Part shown: positions 17,535 to 30,205 of the stretch, piece after piece
Position numbering within the stretch: the stretch's first letter is position 1
Layout: every line of letters begins with the position of its first letter
NCBI GenBank assembly: GCA_963834525.1
Contig: CAWICA010000002.1
Location: 36,666-100,665, forward strand
Length of the DNA: 64,000 nt
Source of the DNA: Bryobacterales bacterium
GTDB taxonomy: Bacteria; Cyanobacteriota; Vampirovibrionia; Obscuribacterales; Obscuribacteraceae
Reading direction: 5' to 3'
Translations under genes and position numbers: made by a program
Notes under the pieces: model-generated
The model's input: the letters and a program-made list of their open reading frames with translations, nothing else
The model's database searches: none
What the model was told of the DNA's origin: nothing

Positions 17535-19454
17535 TTGAGGAATTATCGCCTAAATCTCGAAGAATTATATTGTGCTCAGCTAATAAAAGAACAGCCTGTC
17601 GGACCAGATAGAATTGTCAACTGTAGAACTGCCGCTCGGGACAGTTCGCTGGGACGTTGTGAATTTGCTTTGATTCAGTTTGCCCCTACACTCGCAGCAA
17701 CCAATGCAGCGCTCAAACAAGCAGCGCCAACGGAGCGGCTCAATGCTCTGACGTCACTGCGTTTTTTTGCAGCGATGATGATTGTCTTACTACATTTCTC
17801 GTCTTCCCTCTGTCCAGAAGCTTGGCAGTTCGTCAAATATTTAACTCTAGGCCAGGGAGTCGCTTTTTTCTACGTTCTTTCCGGTTTTATCCTCACTTAC
17901 GTGTATCCTGAGCTTGCTGGGCTTAAGAATGTCCTGGCCTTTCTACGCGCTCGGTTCGCACGTATCTATCCGTGTCATCTCGTTGGTCTTGGATTGTCGC
18001 TCTTACTTGTTCCTACCGTCATGCCACATTCGAAGTTTGTGAAGATCCTGCTGGCGAACTTACTTCTGATTCAGGACTGGATCCCCATACGGGCCTACTA
18101 CTTCTCTTTGAACGCACCGGCATGGAGCATTTCATGCGAATTTTTCTTCTATCTCACATTTCCCTTTCTGATCCATCGATTTGCTAGAACGTGGAAACAA
18201 AAGCTCCTTGCCTGTGCACTCTTGGTCGTATCGCTGATTAGCCTTGGCTGCTACTTAAACTTGCCCATGTATGGAGACGATAACTTCAAAGTAGAGTGCC
18301 ACTGGTTCTTCGCTACCTCGCCTCTTGTCAGAATTTTTGAATTTTGCCTGGGCATGACAGCTGCACTTTTGTTCTCTCGAGTGCGCAATGTATTTAAAGC
18401 AACAAAAGTAACAACCTTACAAATGACAGTGATAGAGATTGTGCTGATGATAGCGGCATTACTTTGTCTGCTTGCCGGTGATCCCATGGCCATTTTAAAA
18501 AGCGCCCATACGAACATCGAAAAGGCATTTTTGATCTGGGCTGTTGGCAGCGGCGGGGCACCAATATATGCAGCAATCTTAATTACTTTCGCGCTGCAAA
18601 TGGGACGAGTATCAAAACTGCTCTGCTTGCCGTTCTTTGTCTTGCTCGGCGATATCAGCTATGCCATTTACTTATTACACTGCCCGATTATTGGATTTAT
18701 CACGCTGCACAAAGCACAACTCATAGATGTGCCACCAATTCTAGTCTACGCCGCTTTCTGGATTGCCACGCTATCTAGTTCTTATCTGTGTTTTGAGCTG
18801 ATTGAAAAACCATTGCGTGGACTGATCGTGGGTAAGGGACTGACTATAATGCCCAGGAAGCTAAACACTGCTCTTGCTGCCAATCTCTGTTGCATTTTCA
18901 TCTTAGTCGGTTTAACATGCGTTGCTCTAAACGCGCGAGCTTTCAATTGGCAGCTTTCTCGGGATAAAGTAATTGCCCTAGTGAATCAAACTCAAGCCGG
19001 AATTTCGGGCACCAAGTTCGGTGACTCATTCGAGTTAGAAGCATGTGCACTCCAACGTCAGGGCAAAGATTATGTGCTTAAACTGGTCTGGCGTAGCCGT
19101 GCCCTGCAGCCGTGTAAATATTACGTGGCAGTTCATGACATGGATGCTAATGGAAAGTTGCTGGGCTATAAGGACTATCCTCAAGATCTAGGTAAGCGCT
19201 GGGTTTGTCCTGGCCAAACCTGGCAAGATGTTGTGCCGATCACTAATTCGCAATGGCAGCAGACTAAACAAATTGGCATCGGCATCTATATCCCAGAGCC
19301 GTTCAGTATGTTGCCTTGCGATCGCGGCAGGCGCGATTATGCCGGTCACCGACTGCTCATTTCGGCAAATGAACTGCAGAATAAAGTAGAGGGAGGCGCA
19401 GCCATCTCAGACCATGCCTTGCGGCCGGTTGTTCACCCACAACAAGAAATGTGA
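17535..19454 (+). CDS. Acyltransferase-3 (OafA/YrhL-type) membrane O-acyltransferase with extra TM and a non-SGNH C-terminal domain, copy 1
   Basis: 'LNALTSLRFFAAMMIVLLHF', 'NAPAWSISCEFFFYLTFPFL' and 'LGDISYAIYLLHCPI' are AT3 hallmarks. An additional TM ('ALAANLCCIFILVGLTCVAL') follows, then a domain of about 130 aa, 'TKFGDSFELEACAL..LKLVWRS..YYVAVHDMDANGKLLGYKDYPQDLGKRWVCPGQTWQD..IGIGIY..CDRGRRDYAGHRLLI'. The true start is probably downstream of the TTG at 17535. Confidence 0.8.
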   Translation: MRNYRLNLEELYCAQLIKEQPVGPDRIVNCRTAARDSSLGRCEFALIQFAPTLAATNAALKQAAPTERLNALTSLRFFAAMMIVLLHFSSSLCPEAWQFVKYLTLGQGVAFFYVLSGFILTYVYPELAGLKNVLAFLRARFARIYPCHLVGLGLSLLLVPTVMPHSKFVKILLANLLLIQDWIPIRAYYFSLNAPAWSISCEFFFYLTFPFLIHRFARTWKQKLLACALLVVSLISLGCYLNLPMYGDDNFKVECHWFFATSPLVRIFEFCLGMTAALLFSRVRNVFKATKVTTLQMTVIEIVLMIAALLCLLAGDPMAILKSAHTNIEKAFLIWAVGSGGAPIYAAILITFALQMGRVSKLLCLPFFVLLGDISYAIYLLHCPIIGFITLHKAQLIDVPPILVYAAFWIATLSSSYLCFELIEKPLRGLIVGKGLTIMPRKLNTALAANLCCIFILVGLTCVALNARAFNWQLSRDKVIALVNQTQAGISGTKFGDSFELEACALQRQGKDYVLKLVWRSRALQPCKYYVAVHDMDANGKLLGYKDYPQDLGKRWVCPGQTWQDVVPITNSQWQQTKQIGIGIYIPEPFSMLPCDRGRRDYAGHRLLISANELQNKVEGGAAISDHALRPVVHPQQEM

Positions 19455-21370
19455 GCACTTTGATTTCCAGATCCAGCACGAACTTTGCGGAGCAAGTCGC
19501 CGCTTCCCCTGCGGCAGTCGATGCCGCACTGCAACGTCCATCCGCACCGGTTCGACTAAACGCTCTGACATCGCTGCGCTTTTTTGCAGCGATGATGATT
19601 GTCTTAATGCATTTTTCCTCCAGCATCTGCCCAGAATCAGTGCCGTTCGTACAATGTCTGGCATTGGGCCAAGGTGTGGCTTTCTTCTATGTTCTTTCCG
19701 GCTTCATCCTCACCTATGTCTATCCAGAGCTTGCTGGTCCTAAAGGTGCCCTGGAATTTCTGCGCGCCCGCTTCGCCCGTATCTATCCGTGTCATCTCGT
19801 TGGTCTCGGATTGTCGCTCCTGCTTGTTCCTACCGTCATACCACATTCCCAGTTCGTAAAGCTTTTGAGTGCTAACCTACTGCTAGTACACGACTGGATT
19901 CCGATCAGTGCCTACTACTACTCATTCAATGCACCGTCGTGGAGCATCTCCTGTGAATTTTTCTTCTACCTCGCATTCCCGTTTCTAATCCATCAATTTG
20001 CCAAAACTTGGAAGCAAAAGTTGCTTGCCTGTGCAGTTCTGTCCGCATCAATGATCGGCATTGCCTGCTACTTAAACTTGCCTATGGTTGCTAATAATAG
20101 TTTCGCATTGGACTCTCAATGGTTCTGCACTGACTCCCCTCTCGTCAGAATTTTTGAATTTTGCCTGGGCATGACAGCTGCGCTTTTGTTCTTTCGAATG
20201 CGCAGTGCATTTAAAGCGACTAAAGCACCGACCCTGCGAATGACTCTGCTAGAGGTTGTTCTGGTCGCAGCAGCATTACGTTATCTGTTGGCAGGAACCA
20301 TTTTATGGAGTGCCAATCCAAACATCGAAAAGGCTTTGTTTTGGGCTATTGGCAGCGGGGGAGCGCCTATATATGCGGCAATCTTAATTATCTTCGCGCT
20401 GCAAATGGGACGACTATCAAAACTACTCTGCTTGCCATTTTTTGTTTTGCTCGGTGACATTAGCTATGCTATTTATTTATTGCACTACCCGATCGTTGGA
20501 TTTATTGCACTGCACAAAGCGCAGCTCGCGGTATTGCCGCCAATTCTGGTCTACGCTGGTTTCTGGATTGCCACACTAGCTGGTGCTTACCTGTGCTTCG
20601 AGCTAATTGAAAAGCCGATGCGTGGACTGATCATGGGTAAGGGCTTAGCAATGCTGCCCAGAAAGCTCACTACCGCATTAGCAGTTAATTTGTGTTGTGT
20701 CTTTGCTTTAGTGGGTCTGACAGGCACTCTTCTAAACGACCGGGTTTGCAATTGGCAGCAGCTTTCGCACGACAAAATAGTATCCCTGACAAAGAGCACC
20801 GCAGCTGGAATTTCGGGCACCAAATTCGGCGGCATATTCGAGCTGAAAGCGTGTGCACTTCAACGCCAGGGCAAAGATTATGAGCTTAAACTTGTCTGGC
20901 GCAGCCGCGCCCTACAGCCGTGTAAATATTACGTGGCTGTTCATCTTTTAGATGCCAGTGGCAAATTGCTTGGATACAAAGATTATCCACAAGATCTTGG
21001 TAAACGCTGGGTCTGCCCTGGACAAACATGGCAAGATGTTGTGCCGATCACCCATGCACAATGGCAGCAGACTAAACAAATTGGCGTCGGCATCTATACC
21101 CCAGAGCCGTTTAGTATGTTGCCTTGCGATCGCGGCAAGCGCGATTATGCCGGTCACCGACTGCTCATTTCGGAAAATGAACTGCAGAAACTAGCAGACA
21201 GTACTTCAGAAATCTCAGACCATGCAGTTCAGACGGTTGTTCATCCACCACAGAAAATGTAATCGCCTTGATTTCCATTTCCAACACCAATTTTGCAGGG
21301 CAAGTTGACTCTACAAGCGCGTCTACCAGTGCCGCAGTGGAAGATCCAGCTGTACCCGTACGGCAAAATA
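17700..21370 (+). repeat. Tandem duplication of a unit of about 1.8 kb (two AT3 genes) plus a partial third unit of about 100 nt forming the 5' end of the next gene
   Basis: Long stretches are nearly identical by eye, for example 'cgtatctatccgtgtcatctcgttggtct' and 'caagatgttgtgccgatcac..caatggcagcagactaaacaaattggc' occur in both copies. The junction 'gttgttca.cca..a.aaatgt.a..c..ttgatttcca..tcc' recurs at about 19430 and about 21235. Boundaries are approximate. Confidence 0.8.
19451..21262 (+). CDS. Acyltransferase-3 membrane O-acyltransferase with the same C-terminal domain, copy 2 (tandem duplicate)
   Basis: 603-aa ORF collinear with copy 1 and highly similar at protein and DNA level. The GTG start overlaps the upstream stop (GTGA). 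Confidence 0.85.
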   Translation: MSTLISRSSTNFAEQVAASPAAVDAALQRPSAPVRLNALTSLRFFAAMMIVLMHFSSSICPESVPFVQCLALGQGVAFFYVLSGFILTYVYPELAGPKGALEFLRARFARIYPCHLVGLGLSLLLVPTVIPHSQFVKLLSANLLLVHDWIPISAYYYSFNAPSWSISCEFFFYLAFPFLIHQFAKTWKQKLLACAVLSASMIGIACYLNLPMVANNSFALDSQWFCTDSPLVRIFEFCLGMTAALLFFRMRSAFKATKAPTLRMTLLEVVLVAAALRYLLAGTILWSANPNIEKALFWAIGSGGAPIYAAILIIFALQMGRLSKLLCLPFFVLLGDISYAIYLLHYPIVGFIALHKAQLAVLPPILVYAGFWIATLAGAYLCFELIEKPMRGLIMGKGLAMLPRKLTTALAVNLCCVFALVGLTGTLLNDRVCNWQQLSHDKIVSLTKSTAAGISGTKFGGIFELKACALQRQGKDYELKLVWRSRALQPCKYYVAVHLLDASGKLLGYKDYPQDLGKRWVCPGQTWQDVVPITHAQWQQTKQIGVGIYTPEPFSMLPCDRGKRDYAGHRLLISENELQKLADSTSEISDHAVQTVVHPPQKM

Positions 21371-22536
21371 ACTGCGCATCGGGAGGCGGCAACAGTATTT
21401 GTCTCAGTTCTTTTGTAACATCTCTGCTTCTGTTTATTGCTCTTTTTATTTATGTCACACACATAGAGGCCAATCAACGCCGTCGCGACGAGATAGATAC
21501 TATGGTGTACCGGAACGCGACCGCCCGATCGTGTGGACGATTTGAGAAATTCATTATCGGCTCCGCCAATCCAGACATTATTCTGCTTGGTTCCTCTGTT
21601 TTTCTTACGCCGAGCGACCTTTACGACCTCAAATCTGCAAACGCTAAAAGGATGGGCCTAATACAACTGCAAAAGTTCTTGAACAACTATGTGACGCCAG
21701 TATCTTTCGTTCGTTGTCTGAACAAGCACGGGCTATCTAATGTCTCAGCCATTGACCTTTGCATGTCTGCGGCTGTGATTGCAGATGATGATTTGATTAT
21801 CAAACAATGCCTAATCTACCGTAAGAGACCAAGATTGGTTATTTATGGAATCAACCCTCGCGATTTTGCGTTCCATCTCAGCAAAACTTGGATTACCCCA
21901 GCTTTCAAAGACATTCCTCTTCTGCCATTTGCCTGTCCACGCTGGCTGCGCTTGTGTCTTGTCGAGCTGCGTCCCAGCTCCATTTTGAGAAACTTGGATA
22001 CTGAACGATCCTATTTCCGCCAAATGATCTTGCTTCCATCGAACTTAGTTCAGCAAACAAATGCTCATTTTGCCTTCCTGCTGTCGCCATTTACAAAGCA
22101 AAAATATAACGACATACCGGTGTCAGCCCTAGGCAAACTGCTCGAACCGAACAAAGACAAAATTGACTTAACAGGTCTAGATTGTTGCTTCGCTCCGCTC
22201 GATAGGGAATTCGTAAATAATCAATTCATCGCCCTGGAGAACTCGGCTAATTTGCTTCGGGAAAAAGACATCAAGCTGTTGATCGTCGAAATACCTTTTT
22301 GTCCTGGCGCGCAGGAGCGAATTCCCCAGGCGTTGAGAAATGAATACGAGCAAAGAATGCAATCGATCTGCAAAGAGTATGGCGCAATTCGCTACCAGCC
22401 TGAATCCGAGCAACAGTTTTCAACGGAAGATTATTTTGATTGGGTGCACATGAATGCAATCGGTGCAGCCAAATTGTTTGATGGCTTGTCAAATTTTATT
22501 AGCCAAAGACGTTCTCAGCTATTGCCCGGAGTCTGA
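21268..22536 (+). CDS. N-terminally membrane-anchored SGNH/DUF1574-like hydrolase or acyl-esterase fold protein (candidate partner of the AT3 enzymes)
   Basis: One N-terminal TM ('ICLSSFVTSLLLFIALFIYV'). 'DIILLGSSVFLTPSD' is a possible block I and 'DWVHMNAIGAAKLFDGL' is a DxxH-type block V. The first 35 codons or so are homologous to the N-terminus of AT3 copy 2. The fold call is tentative. Confidence 0.45.
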   Translation: MISISNTNFAGQVDSTSASTSAAVEDPAVPVRQNNCASGGGNSICLSSFVTSLLLFIALFIYVTHIEANQRRRDEIDTMVYRNATARSCGRFEKFIIGSANPDIILLGSSVFLTPSDLYDLKSANAKRMGLIQLQKFLNNYVTPVSFVRCLNKHGLSNVSAIDLCMSAAVIADDDLIIKQCLIYRKRPRLVIYGINPRDFAFHLSKTWITPAFKDIPLLPFACPRWLRLCLVELRPSSILRNLDTERSYFRQMILLPSNLVQQTNAHFAFLLSPFTKQKYNDIPVSALGKLLEPNKDKIDLTGLDCCFAPLDREFVNNQFIALENSANLLREKDIKLLIVEIPFCPGAQERIPQALRNEYEQRMQSICKEYGAIRYQPESEQQFSTEDYFDWVHMNAIGAAKLFDGLSNFISQRRSQLLPGV

Positions 22537-22555
22537 AAGTAGCGTTTTGCGGCTC

Positions 22556-23602
22556 TTACAATGTGATGTGCAACGTATGATAAGCGAATGCCATCTTACC
22601 GCCGAATTTTTGACTTATGTGGATGACTCGATAATTGGATAGCTGAGTCTTGTTTTCGACCACTGTCACTCCTCTTTGCGCAAGCCACTGACATCCCCTG
22701 GTAAACAGTTTATGGGCAGTGCCTAGTCCTTGCAGTTTTGGCTCAATCGCATTGAGTACGCATTTTGCCAGCCTTTCATTGATCGCTCCTTGGTGATCTC
22801 TATCCAGTTTAAAGGTCATGAAACCGGTTGGGTTACCATTTTGTTTCTGAACCAGTATTAGATCAGCTCGATGCTCGATCACAGCATTGCGGATGAAGCG
22901 AGAATAAAGCTGTCCGATCTGTTCGCGGCGAAGATCGGGGTCGCTATTGAATCGATTGACGTTCTGCGACCGGTCAGTAAAACAAGCACAAGCGATCTCT
23001 TCTAGTCGCCCAACATCGGCTACCGTAGCTTCTTCAATAGAATCTCCACAGCTAGAGTTAGATTCTTTGTCCTCGGTGCACAGTTTGGTGATCGGAACAT
23101 GGTAGGCGACAATGGTGTCTCGCAGTCTGTAGCCAGCAGTTTCAAGAGCATTAACGGCAGCGGCATCACCAGCAAATGCTGAACAAGAGATGTGTTTGAT
23201 CCCATGCCTTCGCGCCACGTCGTGAACCTGCGCTAAAAGTTTGACGCCAGCCCTTACCCCTGGTGCAGACAAAGCCGCCGTTTGGGCAGAGAAGAAAAAC
23301 TCCACTCTGGCTGTCCGCTGTCCGAAAACTTCGCTCTCTAGAGGCAAAAAGCGCAAACCGGCGAACCACTGCGGCTGATCGGGTTCAACCGTGCGAATCA
23401 ACCAGACGGAACCATCCTCCGAAAACACGTCGGCATAATTAAACATCGAGACTGCCGCTTGCGCACAAGCGCTTTTTGACGAATATAGGCTGACGTAAGG
23501 AAGAAATTGCCATTCCGCACAAGCGTCTTCGAGCGCAAGTTCAGCTTCGGATCGAGCACTTTCAGCGACGTTTGAAGTCAAATCTCTGGTAGCCAATATC
23601 AA
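22556..23602 (-). CDS. WecD-like GNAT N-acyltransferase, paralog 2 of 3
   Basis: 348-aa ORF collinear with 195-1199 ('WQFLPYVSLYSSKSACAQAAVSMFNYADVFSEDGSVWLIR', 'FAGLRFLPLESEVFGQRTARVEFFF', ends 'TQLSNYRVIHISQKFGGKMAFAYHTLHITL'). Confidence 0.6.
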   Translation of the reverse strand: MILATRDLTSNVAESARSEAELALEDACAEWQFLPYVSLYSSKSACAQAAVSMFNYADVFSEDGSVWLIRTVEPDQPQWFAGLRFLPLESEVFGQRTARVEFFFSAQTAALSAPGVRAGVKLLAQVHDVARRHGIKHISCSAFAGDAAAVNALETAGYRLRDTIVAYHVPITKLCTEDKESNSSCGDSIEEATVADVGRLEEIACACFTDRSQNVNRFNSDPDLRREQIGQLYSRFIRNAVIEHRADLILVQKQNGNPTGFMTFKLDRDHQGAINERLAKCVLNAIEPKLQGLGTAHKLFTRGCQWLAQRGVTVVENKTQLSNYRVIHISQKFGGKMAFAYHTLHITL

Positions 23603-23711
23603 ACTTATAAAACAGAAACGTTAATGCAGTGTAGCAGCGCGAGCTCTTCTGAACCTGAGGTTCGCATAATTTGTTTCCGCTTGCTGCTTTGAGCGGCTGC
23701 TGAAACTCGAT

Positions 23712-25007
23712 TTAGTGCAGCTTGAAGTCCCAACAGAAATTGAGAAATATACCGCCGACTATATGAGGCACAAAAGCCAAGATTGCCAGTGGGAATTTCC
23801 AGAGCAATTCTTTGCGTGGCACGGTGCCTCGCAAAAAAAGATTGACGCAGAAGCCGGCAGTAGCAATGAAAACCAAAAGGAGAGCGAACTCTGCACACCA
23901 GCCGAAATTTATGCTTGAATAACGCATACCTGACTCTGCCAGGAAATATGCAAAAAAGCAGGCAGACAGCATCACAGCCCAGGCAAAATTAAGTCGTACG
24001 TCTTGTACCGCCTGCTTGAAGAAAAGCAGATAAACAAGAAGCGGACAAAATATTGAGAGGAGAAACTTTTCGCCCAGATGTCCTGAGAACACGGACATCG
24101 GACCGAATGGAGCGAATATTACTGAGGATTTTAGCAGACCGGTCTGAGTCACATAAGTGAAGTAATATTGCCATGCCAGGACGCCGGCAGCAGGCATAAG
24201 CAAACCAAACACCAGAGCGAAGCCGCGTGAGAATTGTTTTTTGAAAAAGTAGAAAGTGGTTACTATTGCCACCACCGGAGCCAAAGCCAACACATAATTA
24301 GGTTTGGCCAATAGCGCCAGGGCCGTAGCCAGCGCTAGCCATAAAACCGTGCTTCGCCGTGGCATCGGTGTAACCATCAGGGTGCCGGTCAAATAAAAAA
24401 CCCAAATCGCTAAGGGCTTTTCCAAGAGTGCCGTGGGGCTGTGGAATACATCGAGCGGTATATAACCGAAAAATGGGCGTAGCCCGTGATTGAGGAGAAA
24501 ACTGATCGGCCCACAAATGCTAATAGCAAAAGCCAACAGCGCATAAATTGGTAGTGAAATATTCATGTCCCTTCGCTGTTGCCGATCTTGCTGATCGACT
24601 TTGATGAGATAAGCGAAGATCGCTGGAGGCAAAGCAAAAGAACAAATCAAGGCAAGAACTCGGCGTATGATAAAGTCGAGGCTCAATGCCGGCAGCAGCT
24701 TGTGAATCGCAATTGCGAAAAGATGATACAGAGGATGCGGCACAGTCAATTGATGACTACGCATCATTTGCGCTGCATACATTAAATGCATATCGTAATC
24801 ATAAGATGGCATACGGTTGAAAGGTAAATAGAAAAAATAGAGCGCGGTTAGGCCAAATAAGAGAGCTAGCGCAACAACACATGCCCGCGGTGCCGAGCGA
24901 AACGAATAAGTTGCGGTCTCAGAGCGAAAAGTATCTATCGCATTCGCCTTGAATGAGCCGCATTCACGCATGGCTGAACTCTCTTTTTTGAACTCAAAAA
25001 GTTGCAT
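23712..25007 (-). CDS. Polytopic inner-membrane protein, GT-C-fold or Wzy-like (paralog of 1168-2514)
   Basis: 431-aa ORF with many hydrophobic segments. It shares motifs with 1168-2514 (see that entry). Confidence 0.45.
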   Translation of the reverse strand: MQLFEFKKESSAMRECGSFKANAIDTFRSETATYSFRSAPRACVVALALLFGLTALYFFYLPFNRMPSYDYDMHLMYAAQMMRSHQLTVPHPLYHLFAIAIHKLLPALSLDFIIRRVLALICSFALPPAIFAYLIKVDQQDRQQRRDMNISLPIYALLAFAISICGPISFLLNHGLRPFFGYIPLDVFHSPTALLEKPLAIWVFYLTGTLMVTPMPRRSTVLWLALATALALLAKPNYVLALAPVVAIVTTFYFFKKQFSRGFALVFGLLMPAAGVLAWQYYFTYVTQTGLLKSSVIFAPFGPMSVFSGHLGEKFLLSIFCPLLVYLLFFKQAVQDVRLNFAWAVMLSACFFAYFLAESGMRYSSINFGWCAEFALLLVFIATAGFCVNLFLRGTVPRKELLWKFPLAILAFVPHIVGGIFLNFCWDFKLH

Positions 25008-25055
25008 ATAAACTCCGGCGCGGAAGTTAACGTCAGGAGCGCCTTTCTCCGAACC

Positions 25056-26546
25056 CTAGATGAACATTGCTGAACTGGGAAAACCGGCAACTGCGAAGTC
25101 GACGCTCTCAATTTTTGGTAGTTGATCGGGAGCCACGGCAGGAGCGGTAGCCGAATGTGCTGGATGGGCAGCGTCATGAACTATATTATCCATGTAGTAA
25201 TCGACTGCCTCTTGCGGGTTTCCTTCTTTGACGATTTGCCCTTTGAACAGAACAATGGCCCGATTGCACAGTTCAATAATATGTTTGCTTTCATGCGAAA
25301 CCAAAACAAGTATTTGGGATTGATTCATCATTTCATGCAGGCGGTCTAAACACTTCTGGACAAACTGCGCATCGCCGGCGGCAAATATTTCATCCATCAA
25401 AAGAATCTCTGGATCGCAGATCGCCCCAATCGAGAAAGCCAAGCGTCCATGCATGCCAGTTGAATAATATTTGATCGGCAGATCGATCATCTCACCAAGC
25501 TCAGAGAACTCGATGATCGCTTTTTCCAGCGCTCTCATCTGCTTGTAAGAGCGGCCCATAAGCGCTCCGTTCAGATAGATGTTCTCCCGCCCGCTCAGTT
25601 CATGATCAAAACCGGTACCCAGCTCGATCAAGGGAGTGATCTTGCCACGGACCAGAATCTCACCCGATTGAGCCGGATAAATGCCGACGATCATTTTCAA
25701 CAAAGTAGATTTGCCGGCGCCATTCAATCCCAGGATTCCCAGCCGATCCCCAGGGCGAAGTTCAAGATTGATGTTTTTCAGAGCGTCGAATTCAGTTACG
25801 GTGTTGTGATTCTTCCGGCTCATTCTCTGAACCACCGTCTCCTTTAGGCCGGGCGACGGATTTCGGTAAAGACGAAAGCGCAATGAGGCATCTCTAACAA
25901 TGACATAGACATCATTGTCGCTCCCCATGCTCTGCGCCTGCGCCGAACCTTCTCCTTCGCCGACGGTAGACACCGACGCCGTGCGCACAAGCAATTGCTG
26001 TTGATGGCGCCGGCTCAATTGCAGCCGTCTAAGGGCCCGGGGAGCGAACAAAAGAACAAAGCACAGAGCGGCCTCAATGAAAATTATGGCGAATGAGATC
26101 TGGGTGCCCTCTATCGACAGCCACCCAAGCGAGCGCACGCCAATGAAGACCGCAGTGACAAGAAAAACTGGCAAGCCAAGCTCGAATGCTTCCTTGATTC
26201 CTGTGTGTCCCCAATTACTTTTGTACACCCCGCAGAGCCAATTGACGAGCAACTGTAGAGCCACCACTATCGGTAGCAACCAGAGCAATTGATGAAGGTA
26301 CCCGGCATCTGCCTCTGATCTAAACAGGTCGAAATGGAAGCGGGCTATAAACGCTCCCACCAAAGCGAGCGCAATCAGAGCCGCATCGATGACCATTTGC
26401 CCAAGCCGCCTGGCCGTCACATTGGCGATCTCGGTAGTTTGAGTTATACCTGAATCTCGCGGCTGGACAAGAGTCTCCTGCGTAGCTGGTTGCGTTGCGG
26501 ATTCAGTTATGGGTTCAGTCAAAAGCGTGTTTGTTGTCGGTGCCAT
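25056..26546 (-). CDS. wzt: Wzt/TagH/KpsT-type polysaccharide-export ABC ATPase with an N-terminal four-TM extension
   Basis: The NBD has Walker A 'GILGLNGAGKSTLLKM', 'LIELGTGFDHELSGRENIYLNGALMG', signature 'YSTGMHGRLAFS' and Walker B 'ILLMDEIFAAGD'. About 230 aa carrying four hydrophobic helices precede it. The track ORF starts at 26609 and overlaps wzm. ATG at 26546 ('MAPTTN') is the more likely start. Confidence 0.85.
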   Translation of the reverse strand: MAPTTNTLLTEPITESATQPATQETLVQPRDSGITQTTEIANVTARRLGQMVIDAALIALALVGAFIARFHFDLFRSEADAGYLHQLLWLLPIVVALQLLVNWLCGVYKSNWGHTGIKEAFELGLPVFLVTAVFIGVRSLGWLSIEGTQISFAIIFIEAALCFVLLFAPRALRRLQLSRRHQQQLLVRTASVSTVGEGEGSAQAQSMGSDNDVYVIVRDASLRFRLYRNPSPGLKETVVQRMSRKNHNTVTEFDALKNINLELRPGDRLGILGLNGAGKSTLLKMIVGIYPAQSGEILVRGKITPLIELGTGFDHELSGRENIYLNGALMGRSYKQMRALEKAIIEFSELGEMIDLPIKYYSTGMHGRLAFSIGAICDPEILLMDEIFAAGDAQFVQKCLDRLHEMMNQSQILVLVSHESKHIIELCNRAIVLFKGQIVKEGNPQEAVDYYMDNIVHDAAHPAHSATAPAVAPDQLPKIESVDFAVAGFPSSAMFI

Positions 26547-26580
26547 GATAGTCAAAAGATCCCCAGCAAATAAGAAACCG

Positions 26581-30096
<3,516 letters not shown>

Positions 30097-30205
30097 AGTG
30101 TCCTCTGAAATCTAAAAATTACATCCGTCTTTCGGCACGCTTTGGTCTTGAACCCGAGAGAAAGGCGATCTCCAAGCGGCCTCAGCAGCTTTAGGATTGT
30201 CTAGC

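Noticed and set aside
195-25007. The paralogous GNAT plus membrane-protein pairs at 0.2-2.5 kb and 22.6-25.0 kb, considered as possible inverted terminal repeats of a mobile or recombined cassette.
   Set aside because: The similarity is at the protein level only, and the DNA has clearly diverged. The gene order relative to transcription differs between the two pairs. No transposase, integrase or terminal repeats are present.
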